Shown here: one piece after another, positions 1 to 9,637 of the stretch
Position numbering within the stretch: position 1 is the first letter of the stretch
Layout: each line of letters begins with the position of its first letter
Source of the DNA: Wolbachia endosymbiont strain TRS of Brugia malayi
GTDB taxonomy: Bacteria; Pseudomonadota; Alphaproteobacteria; Rickettsiales; Anaplasmataceae
Direction: 5' to 3'
NCBI RefSeq assembly: GCF_000008385.1
Contig: NC_006833.1
Location: 330,001-362,000, forward strand
DNA: 32,000 nt
Made by a program: the position numbers and the translations under genes
The notes under the pieces: generated by a model
Databases searched by the model: none
What the model saw: the letters and a program-made list of their open reading frames with translations, nothing else
What the model was told of the DNA's origin: nothing

Positions 1-179
1 TCACCATTTGCTATCGCTCCAGGGAAATTTTTCTCTGCGTAGCTTATTATGTTTTTGTCCACTCTGTAAAGCTGGTGTACAATAAAATCAGCATCAAACA
101 CAGCAGCACCGAATTCTTTAAAGCAATTGGCTATAAAACTCTTCCCTACTCCAATTCCTCCTGTTAGACCTATAATCAT
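1..179 (-). CDS. coaE: dephospho-CoA kinase, N-terminal 59 codons (rest of gene lies left of the window)
   Basis: Reverse complement from 179 reads ATG ATT ATA GGT CTA ACA GGA GGA ATT GGA GTA GGG AAG AGT... = MIIGLTGGIGVGKSFIANCFKEFGAAVFDADFIVHQLYRVDKNIISYAEKNFPGAIANG. It has no stop down to position 1. The GLTGGIGxGKS P-loop at the extreme N-terminus is the CoaE signature. It is absent from the ORF track because the window edge truncates it. Confidence 0.8.
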   Translation of the reverse strand, partial: MIIGLTGGIGVGKSFIANCFKEFGAAVFDADFIVHQLYRVDKNIISYAEKNFPGAIANG

Positions 180-345
180 ATAACAAAAAACACATTATGA
201 AGCTATACCTACAGTAGCTGCTTTTTTTTGTGTGTCTACTTAAAACCCAAATTTGCTGCGTAGTTCTGATAGTATCGAAAGAAAATAAACAGCTATTATT
301 TTTTTAGTAATTAAATAAAATAGAATAAAAGATTACGAGGAAGCT

Positions 346-1749
346 TTGAAAAATAAGATAAAAAAAATGATAATTTCAGGAAAGGAAGTGTGGCCAATCA
401 TCGAGGGCGGTAAAGGTATTGCAGTTAGTGATGGAGGATCGAGCGGAGCATTTGCTGCAGCAGATGCTGTTGGAACGTTTTCTGGTGCAAATGCCAAGCT
501 TATTGATGATAACGGTGAGTTAGTGCCATTGGTTTACAAAGGTAAAACAAGAAATGAAAAACATGAAGAATTGATTGAGTATAGTATTGGGGCTGGAGTT
601 AGTCAGGCAAGAATAGCAAATGAAATATCAAAAGGTCGTGGAAGAGTACATATGAATGTGCTTTGGGAGATGGGAGCGGCAGAACGTGTACTTCATGGTA
701 TATTAGAAAAAGCAAAGGGCTTAGTCCATGGTATTACCTGTGGTGCTGGTATGCCTTACAGGCTTGGAGAAATTGCAGCCAAATATCAGGTTTATTATTA
801 CCCTATTATTTCATCGGTACGTGCTTTTAAAGCATTGTGGAAACGTGCTTATCAAAGAATATCTTCTTTTTTGCTCGGTGGAGTAGTATATGAGGATCCG
901 TGGCTTGCTGGAGGGCATAATGGATTAAGTAATAGTGAGAACCCGGAGTTACCACAAGCTCCATTTGAGAGAGTTGTGGAACTTAGGTCTTTTATGAACG
1001 AGATCGGTCTTTCAGAAACACCAATTGTTATGGCGGGGGGAGTGTGGCGTTTAAAAGATTGGGAACATTGGTTTGACAATCTGCAAATCGGACCAATAGC
1101 TTTTCAGTTTGGCACTCGTCTGCTTTTAACGAAAGAAAGCCCAATTTCCGCAGAGTGGAAAAAGAAGCTGTTGACTTTGGAAGAAGGTGATGTGTTTTTA
1201 AATAAATTCAGTCCAACAGGGTTTTACTCATCTGCAGTAAGAAATAACTTCATACGTGAGTTACAGGAACGGAATTCACGTCAAATAAAATTCTCAGAAA
1301 ATGCCAGCGAAGAGTTCGATAGTGAATTTGCGATTGGTGCAAGAGGTAGAAATATTTACCTTACTTCAAAAGATAAGGAACTGGCAGATACATGGAGTAA
1401 AGCAGGATATACAGAAGCAATGAGAACTCCAGATACAACTGTTATTTTTGTAACACCAGACAAATTTGCAGAGATCAGGCGAGATCAAATCAATTGCATG
1501 GGGTGTTTAAGCCATTGTTTATTTAGTAATTGGAAAGATCATGGTGACTATTCAACAGGGCGAAAGCCAGATCCGCGGAGTTTTTGTATACAAAAGACAC
1601 TGCAAAACATTATACATGACGGCAATATTGAAAATGAGCTCATGTTTTCTGGGCACAGTGTTTACAGATTCAAGCAAGATCCGTTTTATGAGAACGGCTA
1701 CATACCGACAGTAAAAGAGCTGGTGGAAAGAATATTGACAGGATATTAA
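346..1749 (+). CDS. nitronate monooxygenase / 2-nitropropane dioxygenase (NMO/NPD) family NAD(P)H-dependent flavin oxidoreductase, long 467-aa form
   Basis: 467-aa ORF with TIM-barrel flavoenzyme motifs: PIIEGGKGIAVS near the N-terminus, GITCGAGMPYRL, and PIVMAGGVW. An AGGAAG Shine-Dalgarno-like sequence lies just upstream of the TTG at 346; an alternative ATG is at 367. The C-terminal extension carries a Cys cluster (CMGCLSHC...SFC). Confidence 0.7.
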   Translation: MKNKIKKMIISGKEVWPIIEGGKGIAVSDGGSSGAFAAADAVGTFSGANAKLIDDNGELVPLVYKGKTRNEKHEELIEYSIGAGVSQARIANEISKGRGRVHMNVLWEMGAAERVLHGILEKAKGLVHGITCGAGMPYRLGEIAAKYQVYYYPIISSVRAFKALWKRAYQRISSFLLGGVVYEDPWLAGGHNGLSNSENPELPQAPFERVVELRSFMNEIGLSETPIVMAGGVWRLKDWEHWFDNLQIGPIAFQFGTRLLLTKESPISAEWKKKLLTLEEGDVFLNKFSPTGFYSSAVRNNFIRELQERNSRQIKFSENASEEFDSEFAIGARGRNIYLTSKDKELADTWSKAGYTEAMRTPDTTVIFVTPDKFAEIRRDQINCMGCLSHCLFSNWKDHGDYSTGRKPDPRSFCIQKTLQNIIHDGNIENELMFSGHSVYRFKQDPFYENGYIPTVKELVERILTGY

Positions 1750-2001
1750 GTTATGTTTGAGTTGATAAGGAAGCATTGCTTTATTATAGTAAGTATTTAT
1801 TAATTTAATTTTAATTTGGAAAAGTGTCTATGCTAGCGAGCAGGAGTATTTTAGAAGGGTATGCATTGGCCTATTAAAAATTTTGGTGGTACAGTAACGT
1901 TAAAGGGTTTTTACAATTTTGTGATGTATGAAACGCAACAGATTGGAATGAGGAGAATTTTGAAAGATTATATAAAGGATTTGTGTGCTCGGATTTAAGC
2001 A

Positions 2002-2277
2002 GTGGTGAAACGGGAAAGTGATCAATGTAATGAAGAGAGTAACAGGCAATCTACTACACATATACATGTATACAATAGAAGTTTAGATTTCTTGGGTTAT
2101 TTACTATTGCGATATTGTATCGATTCTTTACTTGTTAGGTGTGGTCACACTATAGTTATCTATGGCAATACCACTAACCAAAGCAGAGAAAATAAGAAAA
2201 AAGACTCGGAAGACAGTAGAAAGTTGTTAGCTTTAGGTATAGTAGCTGCAGTAGTATGTGTTGGCTTTCCATGTTAG
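2002..2277 (+). CDS. hypothetical protein ending in a hydrophobic segment; possibly the 5' half of a frameshifted gene continued by 2258..2656
   Basis: 91-aa GTG-initiated ORF ending ...LLALGIVAAVVCVGFPC*. It overlaps the next ORF by 20 nt in a different frame. No recognisable family. Confidence 0.25.
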   Translation: MVKRESDQCNEESNRQSTTHIHVYNRSLDFLGYLLLRYCIDSLLVRCGHTIVIYGNTTNQSRENKKKDSEDSRKLLALGIVAAVVCVGFPC

Positions 2278-2656
2278 TATGTGCTTTTGGTACCACAGTA
2301 GCAAAAAAGCGGCAAGAAAAGAAGAAAAAATAGATTACCTAGATAACAAACTTAAAATGTTCAGAAATATTGAGTTTATAGTTAGTGCAATTTCTTTAGC
2401 GCCTTTAATAGCTTGTGTATTTTGCCCAGTTTTATCAGAATTTGGATTAGTTACCCTTGGCGTTAATTTTCTTGTATGTTTTGTTGGTAGCTTGGCTTTT
2501 CATATGAAACATGAAAAGAAGTCAGATAATATTGAGAAGGCTAAGGAAGCTGTAAACAGCTATAATACACCACCTTCTTACTTTCAAAATCCTGATGTTG
2601 GGAATTCTTTTCCGAGTGCTTCTCCTTATGGGAGTCAGTACTTTCCTTTTTATTAG
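2258..2656 (+). CDS. hypothetical membrane protein with Pro/Tyr/Ser-rich tail
   Basis: 132-aa ORF with two clear hydrophobic helices (FIVSAISLAPLIACVFCPVL, LVTLGVNFLVCFVGSLAF), a basic juxtamembrane stretch, and the tail NTPPSYFQNPDVGNSFPSASPYGSQYFPFY. No family recognised. Confidence 0.4.
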   Translation: MLAFHVSMCFWYHSSKKAARKEEKIDYLDNKLKMFRNIEFIVSAISLAPLIACVFCPVLSEFGLVTLGVNFLVCFVGSLAFHMKHEKKSDNIEKAKEAVNSYNTPPSYFQNPDVGNSFPSASPYGSQYFPFY

Positions 2657-2768
2657 TTTTATAATGCTAGTACAATAGGGCAAGGAGCTGATTATAGACA
2701 GTGAACTTGCCATAAAACCCACAGCTGTATAAACATTGTAGTTTTAAGGCAATCTCGACCAGTAGGGT

Positions 2769-2798
2769 GTCATGCCAGTATGTGACACTGGTATCTAG
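2769..2798. repeat. short palindromic repeat unit (Wolbachia palindromic-element-like), intergenic copy
   Basis: The sequence gtcatgccagtatgtgacactggtatctag contains the internal hairpin ccagt(a)tgtgac(a)ctgg. It belongs to the same family as the copies at 17982, 18521, 18795, 22781, 22848, 23040, 23081, 24317 and 26267. Confidence 0.6.
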
Positions 2799-3909
2799 AA
2801 AGGTTTGCTTGCTAAACTAACTCGGTAGTTATAGAAAGTGGCTAATCTTATACTAAATAAATATGTCTGTTCAGTGGTATGATTGAGGAGGAAAGCGAAA
2901 AGACTTCAAATGATCGATTTTTCGCCTCAAATTATGTAAAGTGTGAAAATTTAACCACATTACACCTTATTTAGCCCATTTTATTCTAACAATTCGCTTG
3001 TTCAACCACTTTTTGCTGCTCTGCTGAGCAGGTACCGTGATTTCGCTTCCATAAATGATTTCCTATTGACCAATTGGAATACCCTTTTATACTTTATTAC
3101 GCTGTTAAGTTAAATATGCCAAATGATCTTAAAGGTTTGCTTTCAACTTAACCTTCCCCTAATCAAAATGTAAGTAGCAGTTTTTATACACGTACAACAG
3201 ACGAATTTTATAAAAATCTGGATAAGTTAACACCAGATAATGAGCTATTTATAGGTACTGAGAATATAAATAAATATATCAATATTGACAATAATGAGGC
3301 ATAGTACAAACACTTTTCTACTGTAGTTGCTAATGAAGAAGAACAATAAGGTATAGGCATAAGTTTAATAATAGATATGAACATAGGCATGAGCATAAGT
3401 ATGATTCTAAAAATATTATAGATAAAATTGCTGAGCAAATTGCAAACTAGATTAGTAAAAGTATAAAAGATAATACTGTAGAATGTGTTGGATTCAAAGA
3501 AAGTAGAAAGAAAGGTAAGATTAACCTCAGTAAGAATTACGCTAAATGACCTTATTATCAGCTGGTGGTTTTTTTATGTTTAAGCGCTCAGCAAGCGCGA
3601 TTTACAGCACTAGTTGGTAATGTAAACAAAAATGTAAAAAATACGAGGTGTACATAGTACGAAAAACTAAACATAAAACACTAGATACGCTAAGCTTTTT
3701 TGTCGTTTAATTTGTACAGAGAAGATAAATAATCAGCTTCAGCACTTGATAAGGGGGTTGGCAAAGTTTGTCAAGCGATTCCGTATTTTTAGAGCTATTT
3801 GAATGATGTTCTTCTTGTAAGCTTGTGTTCTATTATTTTCCATAATAGTTAAAAATTAGTAGAAAGTTACTGCAAGTTCATGTATTTATAGGCTATAATA
3901 ATTGAAGGT

Positions 3910-6735
3910 ATGCGATGTATGGACGATTTTATAAGAATTAAGGGTGCAAGAGAGCATAATCTACAAGGTGTAGATGTCAATATACCAAAAAATAAGCTAG
4001 TTGTTATAACTGGGCTAAGTGGCTCTGGTAAATCTAGCCTTGCGTTTGACACAATTTATGCAGAAGGCCAGCGTAGGTATGTTGAAAGCCTGTCGGCTTA
4101 CGCACGTCAATTTCTTAACATTCAAGATAAACCAGATGTTGAATCGATTACAGGCCTCTCTCCTGCAATATCTATTAATCAGAAGTCAATTTCAAAAAAT
4201 CCAAGATCAACAGTTGGAACTGTTACTGAAATTTACGATTACTTGCGCTTAATGTATGCCCGAATAGGAATACCTTATTCACCTGCAACAGGATTACCAA
4301 TAGCAAAGCAAACTGTATCTCAAATTGTAGATACTATAATGGCGCTGCCTTTGGAAACTAAAATATATATACTTGCTCCCATTGTACGTGGCAGAAAGGG
4401 AGAGCATCTTAAAGAGATATTGGAAATAAAAAAGCAAGGCTATGTGAGGTTAAAAATAGATGGTGAAGTACATAATATAGATGATTTACCTAAGCTCGAT
4501 GAAAACAAGAAACACAATATTTTCGTTGTTGCAGACAGGATATTGGTATCAGACAATATAGGGAACCGGCTGCCAAGTAGTATAGAATCAGCATTGAGGC
4601 TTGGCCATGGCTTAATGTATGCGGAAATAATGAGCTTGCCTGATAATCATAATTCTGAGTATAAAGACGGTCAAATTTTAACTTTCTCAGAAAATTTTGC
4701 ATGTCCGGAATCTGGTTTCACTCTTGAGGAATTAGAACCAAGATTATTCTCCTTTAACAGTCCCTACGGGGCATGTTATTTATGTAATGGGCTTGGTAAA
4801 AAGCTGGATATTGATATAAAGTTGATAGTGCCAGACGAAACACTTTCAATATCTGAAGGTGCTTTAAGGCCAGTGGGATCAATGTCTCGTCAAGTGCATG
4901 CAAGCTATGGATTTCTAAAAAGTGCGATCCTATCACTGGCTGAAAACCGCAAATTTAGCCTTGATATTCCTTGGAAGAACATAGATCAAAAAGTGAAGAA
5001 TGTAATACTTTTTGGTTCTAAAGAAACGAAGTTTCGAGGTTTGGTAGGTATCTTGGAAAACCAGATAGATTATGATGAAACGCTTATTGAACGATATTGC
5101 TCTGTTGCTAACTGTAAGGAATGTGTTGGTTTTAGAATAAGAAAAGAAGCACTAACAGTGAAGATTGATGGTAGACATATAGGTGAGATATCTAGGCTTA
5201 GCATCGATGAATTCCTTAAATGGTTTGAGAATTTGCCGAGCAAGCTTACAGAACAACAGAAGCAAATCTCAAATAAAATATTAAATGAAATAATTAAGAG
5301 ACTAACTTTTTTAAAGAATGTAGGGTTGAATTATCTTACACTTGATCGTGAGTCTAGTACTCTTTCTGGTGGTGAGAGTCAAAGAATCAGGCTTGCTTCA
5401 CAAATTGGTTCAGGGTTAACAGGTGTTCTATATGTGCTTGATGAACCATCAATAGGCCTTCATCAATGTGATAATGATCGATTAATTGCCACACTTAAAA
5501 ACCTGAGAGATATGGGAAACACCGTAATCGTTGTTGAGCATGATGAAGATACAATAATGGCTGCTGATTATGCAATTGATATTGGTCCTGGAGCTGGCGT
5601 GAATGGAGGAAAAATTGTTGCAGAAGGAACACCAGATCAGGTGCAAAGAAGCTCGAAAAGCATAACAGGGCAATATTTAAGTGGAAAGAAAACAATCTCA
5701 ATTCCAAAAAGAAGAAAGCGAGCAACTCAGTACATAAAAGTGGTAAACGCATGTGAGAATAACTTAAAAAATATAGATGTTGAGTTTCCTATAGGGAATC
5801 TTATTTGTGTAACTGGGATATCAGGGGGGGGGAAATCAAGTTTAGTTGTAGAAACATTATATAAATATTTAGCGCGCAAAATGTATGATTCATCCGCGAA
5901 GTATGGCCAATGCGATAAGATAGAAGGCCTTGAATATATAGATAAAATTATAGAAATAGACCAATCGCCAATTGGTAGAACTCCGGCATCGAATCCAGCA
6001 ACATATGTCGGCATTTTCACTCATGTGAGAAATTGGTTTGCGGGTCTCCCAGAGTCAAAAGCACGAGGTTACAACATAGGCCGATTTTCGTTTAACACCA
6101 AGGGAGGAAGATGCGAAGCGTGTAAAGGTGATGGGCATTTAAGGGTAGAAATGCATTTTTTGCCGGACGTTTATGTAAAATGTGAGCAGTGTAAAGGTCG
6201 GCGGTATAACCGAGAAACACTAGAAGTTACTTACAAAGGAAAATCAGTTTCTGATGTGCTTGATATGACAATAGATCAAGCATGTGATTTTTTTGACAAC
6301 CTTCCAATGGTGAAAGAAAAATTGGTCTCTTTGCAGGAAGTGGGACTTGGCTATATAAAACTCGGGCAGCCGTCAACAACATTGTCTGGAGGTGAAGCAC
6401 AACGGATAAAACTATCCAGAGAGCTATCGAAACGGTCTACTGGGAGGACATTATACATTCTTGATGAACCAACGACAGGATTGCATTTTGAGGATGTGAA
6501 TAATTTACTAAAGATACTCCATAAGTTAGTTGATTTAGGAAATACTGTTATAGTTATCGAGCACAACTTGCACGTTATAAAAACTGCGGATTATATAATA
6601 GACATCGGTCCAGAAGGTGGAATGAAAGGCGGGAAAGTAGTTGCCACTGGAACTCCAGAAGAAATAATAGATATACCAGAAAGTATTACTGGTAAATATC
6701 TTAAGCCATATCTGTCAAAGTTAATCAAGGTGTAA
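3910..6735 (+). CDS. uvrA: excinuclease ABC subunit A
   Basis: 941-aa ORF beginning ...[61 protein letters not shown]. It has two Walker A sites ([18 protein letters not shown]), two ABC signatures ([16 protein letters not shown]), and zinc modules CxxC...CxxC ([14 protein letters not shown]...CEQCKG). The start could be ATG 3910 or ATG 3919. Confidence 0.97.
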   Translation: MRCMDDFIRIKGAREHNLQGVDVNIPKNKLVVITGLSGSGKSSLAFDTIYAEGQRRYVESLSAYARQFLNIQDKPDVESITGLSPAISINQKSISKNPRSTVGTVTEIYDYLRLMYARIGIPYSPATGLPIAKQTVSQIVDTIMALPLETKIYILAPIVRGRKGEHLKEILEIKKQGYVRLKIDGEVHNIDDLPKLDENKKHNIFVVADRILVSDNIGNRLPSSIESALRLGHGLMYAEIMSLPDNHNSEYKDGQILTFSENFACPESGFTLEELEPRLFSFNSPYGACYLCNGLGKKLDIDIKLIVPDETLSISEGALRPVGSMSRQVHASYGFLKSAILSLAENRKFSLDIPWKNIDQKVKNVILFGSKETKFRGLVGILENQIDYDETLIERYCSVANCKECVGFRIRKEALTVKIDGRHIGEISRLSIDEFLKWFENLPSKLTEQQKQISNKILNEIIKRLTFLKNVGLNYLTLDRESSTLSGGESQRIRLASQIGSGLTGVLYVLDEPSIGLHQCDNDRLIATLKNLRDMGNTVIVVEHDEDTIMAADYAIDIGPGAGVNGGKIVAEGTPDQVQRSSKSITGQYLSGKKTISIPKRRKRATQYIKVVNACENNLKNIDVEFPIGNLICVTGISGGGKSSLVVETLYKYLARKMYDSSAKYGQCDKIEGLEYIDKIIEIDQSPIGRTPASNPATYVGIFTHVRNWFAGLPESKARGYNIGRFSFNTKGGRCEACKGDGHLRVEMHFLPDVYVKCEQCKGRRYNRETLEVTYKGKSVSDVLDMTIDQACDFFDNLPMVKEKLVSLQEVGLGYIKLGQPSTTLSGGEAQRIKLSRELSKRSTGRTLYILDEPTTGLHFEDVNNLLKILHKLVDLGNTVIVIEHNLHVIKTADYIIDIGPEGGMKGGKVVATGTPEEIIDIPESITGKYLKPYLSKLIKV

Positions 6736-7612
6736 AGCTATTATAGTAACTAAGGTATGTAGGATGAGGAAATAAATATCTGTGGTAGAGGAACATGGTT
6801 TTTTTGTTGGCCTGCCCATATTATGGTGAATACTTGGAAGCTAGTGAGTAATGGTTGTATAGTATGAATGGTGGAGGTGAACTAATGAATAAGGAGCTGG
6901 CTAATTATGTAGCTGCTTGCCAAGCTTAAAGTTGCCAGCAAATGACAATCGAATTCCGGGAAACTTGCTTTTAAGGAAATAACGAGCACCATCAATTGAA
7001 AAGCCATCTAAGAGGAAGAAAGTAGGAACACAAAATAGTGAGAAATATATAGTTTCAGATTGTATTTCCGGTAATAATAATCAGGCTTAGAACTTAATCA
7101 CTTTTCAGGTGAGAATAGTAATCAACATACTTCCGGTAGTACTTATTCAGGACAGCCAGAAGGCAATAATTGTACAGACAGAAGTTATGGTCAAGAAATG
7201 CCAGATAGTACAAGCGAATGCAGTACAAAAATTGAAGGGAGTGTTTGAGAAAATATACTTGATGGTTCTAAGAGCTAGGGCCGGAGGTGCGTTAATCAAA
7301 TAACTAGTTAGTCAGATGAAAATGATTAGGTGATAGGTGCTGATTCCAATTTTGAAGATTGGGGCTTACTGCCAGGTGTTGTACACAATAATTAGATGAA
7401 TGCTTAAGGAGTAAGGCTAATTTATGTTATAGGTATAGTAGAACTGTAACAGACTTATAATATTTGAGGTATTAATAGACGTTACTAATAGTAAAGATCT
7501 ATGCCCTAGCAGTAAAGCACGTGCATTGAGATCAGGATATTTACTACAGTGGTGAAAATCAAGATAATAGCAATACAGGTAAGGTAATAGAGGATAAAAG
7601 TTTAGGAGTTTT

Positions 7613-7999
7613 GTGAAAAACATTATTAGTAGTTTATTATCAAAAGGTGGGAAAATGAAAAGAGATGACTTCTATGGTGGTGAGTTGGGGCATGTAACTT
7701 ATGATAAAGACTTTGTTAATGGTCTCTCTGCACAATGTGAGAAGGTTAAAAGCGACTTAAAGAATCCAGCATATGAAGATATAGTAAATAAGGATACACA
7801 AATTCAAGAAGATGGTTTAGTGGTAGACATAGATAACTGCTATTTTTATATAAAATATCCACAAGATGTCATTATTGAGGTTGTAAAAGTTATAAATAGC
7901 CCAAAAGTAGAAGAGTTAAGCTTAAAACACTATATATTTTATGTTGAGGAGAGTATAATAAGAGTTGAAAAAAAACTAAAAGGAGAAAAAAGAAATTAG
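7613..7999 (+). CDS. hypothetical protein (orphan, 128 aa)
   Basis: Intact ORF with AGGAG 5 nt upstream of GTG 7613; an alternative ATG is at 7655. Acidic and soluble-looking, with no motif I recognise. It is surrounded by decayed sequence. Confidence 0.35.
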   Translation: MKNIISSLLSKGGKMKRDDFYGGELGHVTYDKDFVNGLSAQCEKVKSDLKNPAYEDIVNKDTQIQEDGLVVDIDNCYFYIKYPQDVIIEVVKVINSPKVEELSLKHYIFYVEESIIRVEKKLKGEKRN

Positions 8000-8178
8000 T
8001 CTACGGTGTGGTATTGAAATATTTTTTGTTACCAAAGTAGGAATGATTAGTGTCCATTTATACCCTAACAGTACAGAGATAAAAGATGGAGATGGAAAAG
8101 CAGAAAAGGAAATAAAAGTAGAGATCAATGAGGAGAGCAAAGTGTTTCAGAAGTTATAATCAGAAGTCTTAAAAAGAA

Positions 8179-9637
8179 GTAACCGTTTACAAATTGTGGA
8201 AATGAATAAAGAATTAAGCAGTAACAGTTACTAGATTCTGTAACTTTTGAAAGGAATTTTGGCCATTTAGACGCGAAGTTAAAATATCGACAACATCTTT
8301 ATGAATCTTTCTCCACGTTCTGACCAAGTGAAAAAGCTGTTCTTACAATAGATTACATAGCGCCTCATTTACCGTTCTGCAAGGTTATTGGTTGTATCTA
8401 TCACTTCAAGTTTTCGTAAAAACTTCCATATCCTCAGATCTTAACATCTTGGCAGCCATCCTCAAAGTTTGAGTACCATTTATAACCCTAGTCATTTTAC
8501 ACAAAAGATGTTCTACCCTTTTTCAAAATTTTTACATTAGTTGATAAAATCGTAAATCATCTACCAAATTTTATTTTTTTGCTTTTGTACCACAAATACT
8601 CTGTTATTGAGTGACTTGAGCGCCTGGCCAATTTTGCTCACTTCAATATTTTTACTATACGCAAATCTTTGAAAATCTCTTGTCAAATGTGTCCAACATA
8701 TCTATCTATTTTCAAACTAAAATAATTGTACGCAGCGTATTGTTGCTTACAACTATGCCATTGTATTCTGGCAGTAAACTTTGCAACACCTTCTTGCCAC
8801 GAGACTCGGTCATCTTTAGAAGTGTCAGAGCGCTTTGTTGTTATTACCCAACCCAGCCTCTTTCTCCTTGATTTCTGTGCTATGTTTCATCTATATGCAG
8901 GTTTCTTTCAATTCTTCCTTCATTTTCTCATATTCAGATGCGCATCTTTTGATACTCTGTGCTCAGTCTTTGATACTAAACTAAGACTTATATTGAGGTT
9001 AAATATACTGCTTAAAATTTGTTGTACTTTTCTTTTCGAGTTAATAAAAAAGCCACTTAGGCTGCTAATTGTTGTTTTAGCATTGAACCCTAGAGGACCT
9101 CTTGAAACCCCCATGGTTAAACTAGCTGAACCCTTCCTATCACAAGCTCTGTAATAGTTTCTTTGCAACCTGTACTCAGTTACGATTGGTTTGATTTCTG
9201 GTAATTCTACCTTTTAATGGACAATTTCATCTTCTAAAACAACCTTATTTCCACACACACAAACCTGATAAAATTGTATAGTCTACTACTATATTTGCTA
9301 CCATCAAATCTCACTTATATACCTTATGCCCTGGCTGACCTCCTGGTTTTTTATCACTTTTCTTTTTTGTTTTTTTGCGATATATATCTTGCGATGGTGG
9401 TAGAGATGAACTTTTTGAGTTCAGACCCAGTTTATCTTCTAGCTCAATTATTTTTGCTTTTAAGCCATCATTTTCTATAATCAGAGCCTTTATTTCTTCT
9501 TTGAGATTAGCGTTTTTTGATTTGTACGCCACAATCTTTTCTGCAGCCCTGTTATCATACCCACTCTATACTTAGCTTCTCATGTCTTTACACTTTTACA
9601 ATCACTTTGTAAATCCCTTATTTCCGTGAACGGTTAC
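8179..9637 (-). mobile_element. degenerate IS66-family insertion sequence (single-ORF type) with inactivated transposase
   Basis: Terminal inverted repeats are gtaaccgtttac (8179-8190) and gtgaacggttac (9626-9637), 11/12 matching after reverse complement. On the minus strand the first ORF (9532..9311) reads MAYKSKNANLKEEIKALIIENDGLKAKIIELEDKLGLNSKSSSLPPSQD...KKPGGQPGHKVYK, the IS66 N-terminal coiled-coil plus GGQPGH motif. Later fragments in shifting frames read VTEYRLQRNYYRACDRKG..., ...LHIDETS..., AAYNYF..., TNNLAER.... The sequence carries many stops and frameshifts. Confidence 0.75.

Noticed and set aside
2870-3110. Possible transposase helix-turn-helix remnant (IS630-like) on the minus strand, for example ...SAEQQKVVEQANC*NKMG*IRCNVVKFSHFT*FEAKNRSFEV....
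   Set aside because: The resemblance is only a vague pattern across three frames. No DDE region or inverted repeats were found, so it is too weak to call without a database search.
3208-3438. The 76-aa minus-strand ORF in the 1.2 kb non-coding stretch upstream of uvrA.
   Set aside because: The translation is very AT-biased and rich in Ile/Leu/Phe/Ser. There is no ribosome-binding site, and both strands show multi-frame debris. It is more likely chance or residual pseudogene sequence.
3540-3580. The sequence ccttattatcagctggtggttttttta was considered as an intrinsic terminator.
   Set aside because: A T-run is present, but I could not find a convincing GC-rich stem before it. Only the 6-bp self-complementary cagctg is there.
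4019-6566. Short ORFs overlapping uvrA on both strands (for example 4019..4252 plus strand, 5727..6020 minus strand, 6351..6566 minus strand).
   Set aside because: They are out-of-frame or antisense shadows of uvrA with no independent signals.
8680-9575. Plus-strand ORFs 8680..8871, 8726..9154, 9274..9480 and 9375..9575.
   Set aside because: They lie antisense to the recognisable IS66-family transposase remnants, and their translations are hydrophobic low-complexity with no motifs.
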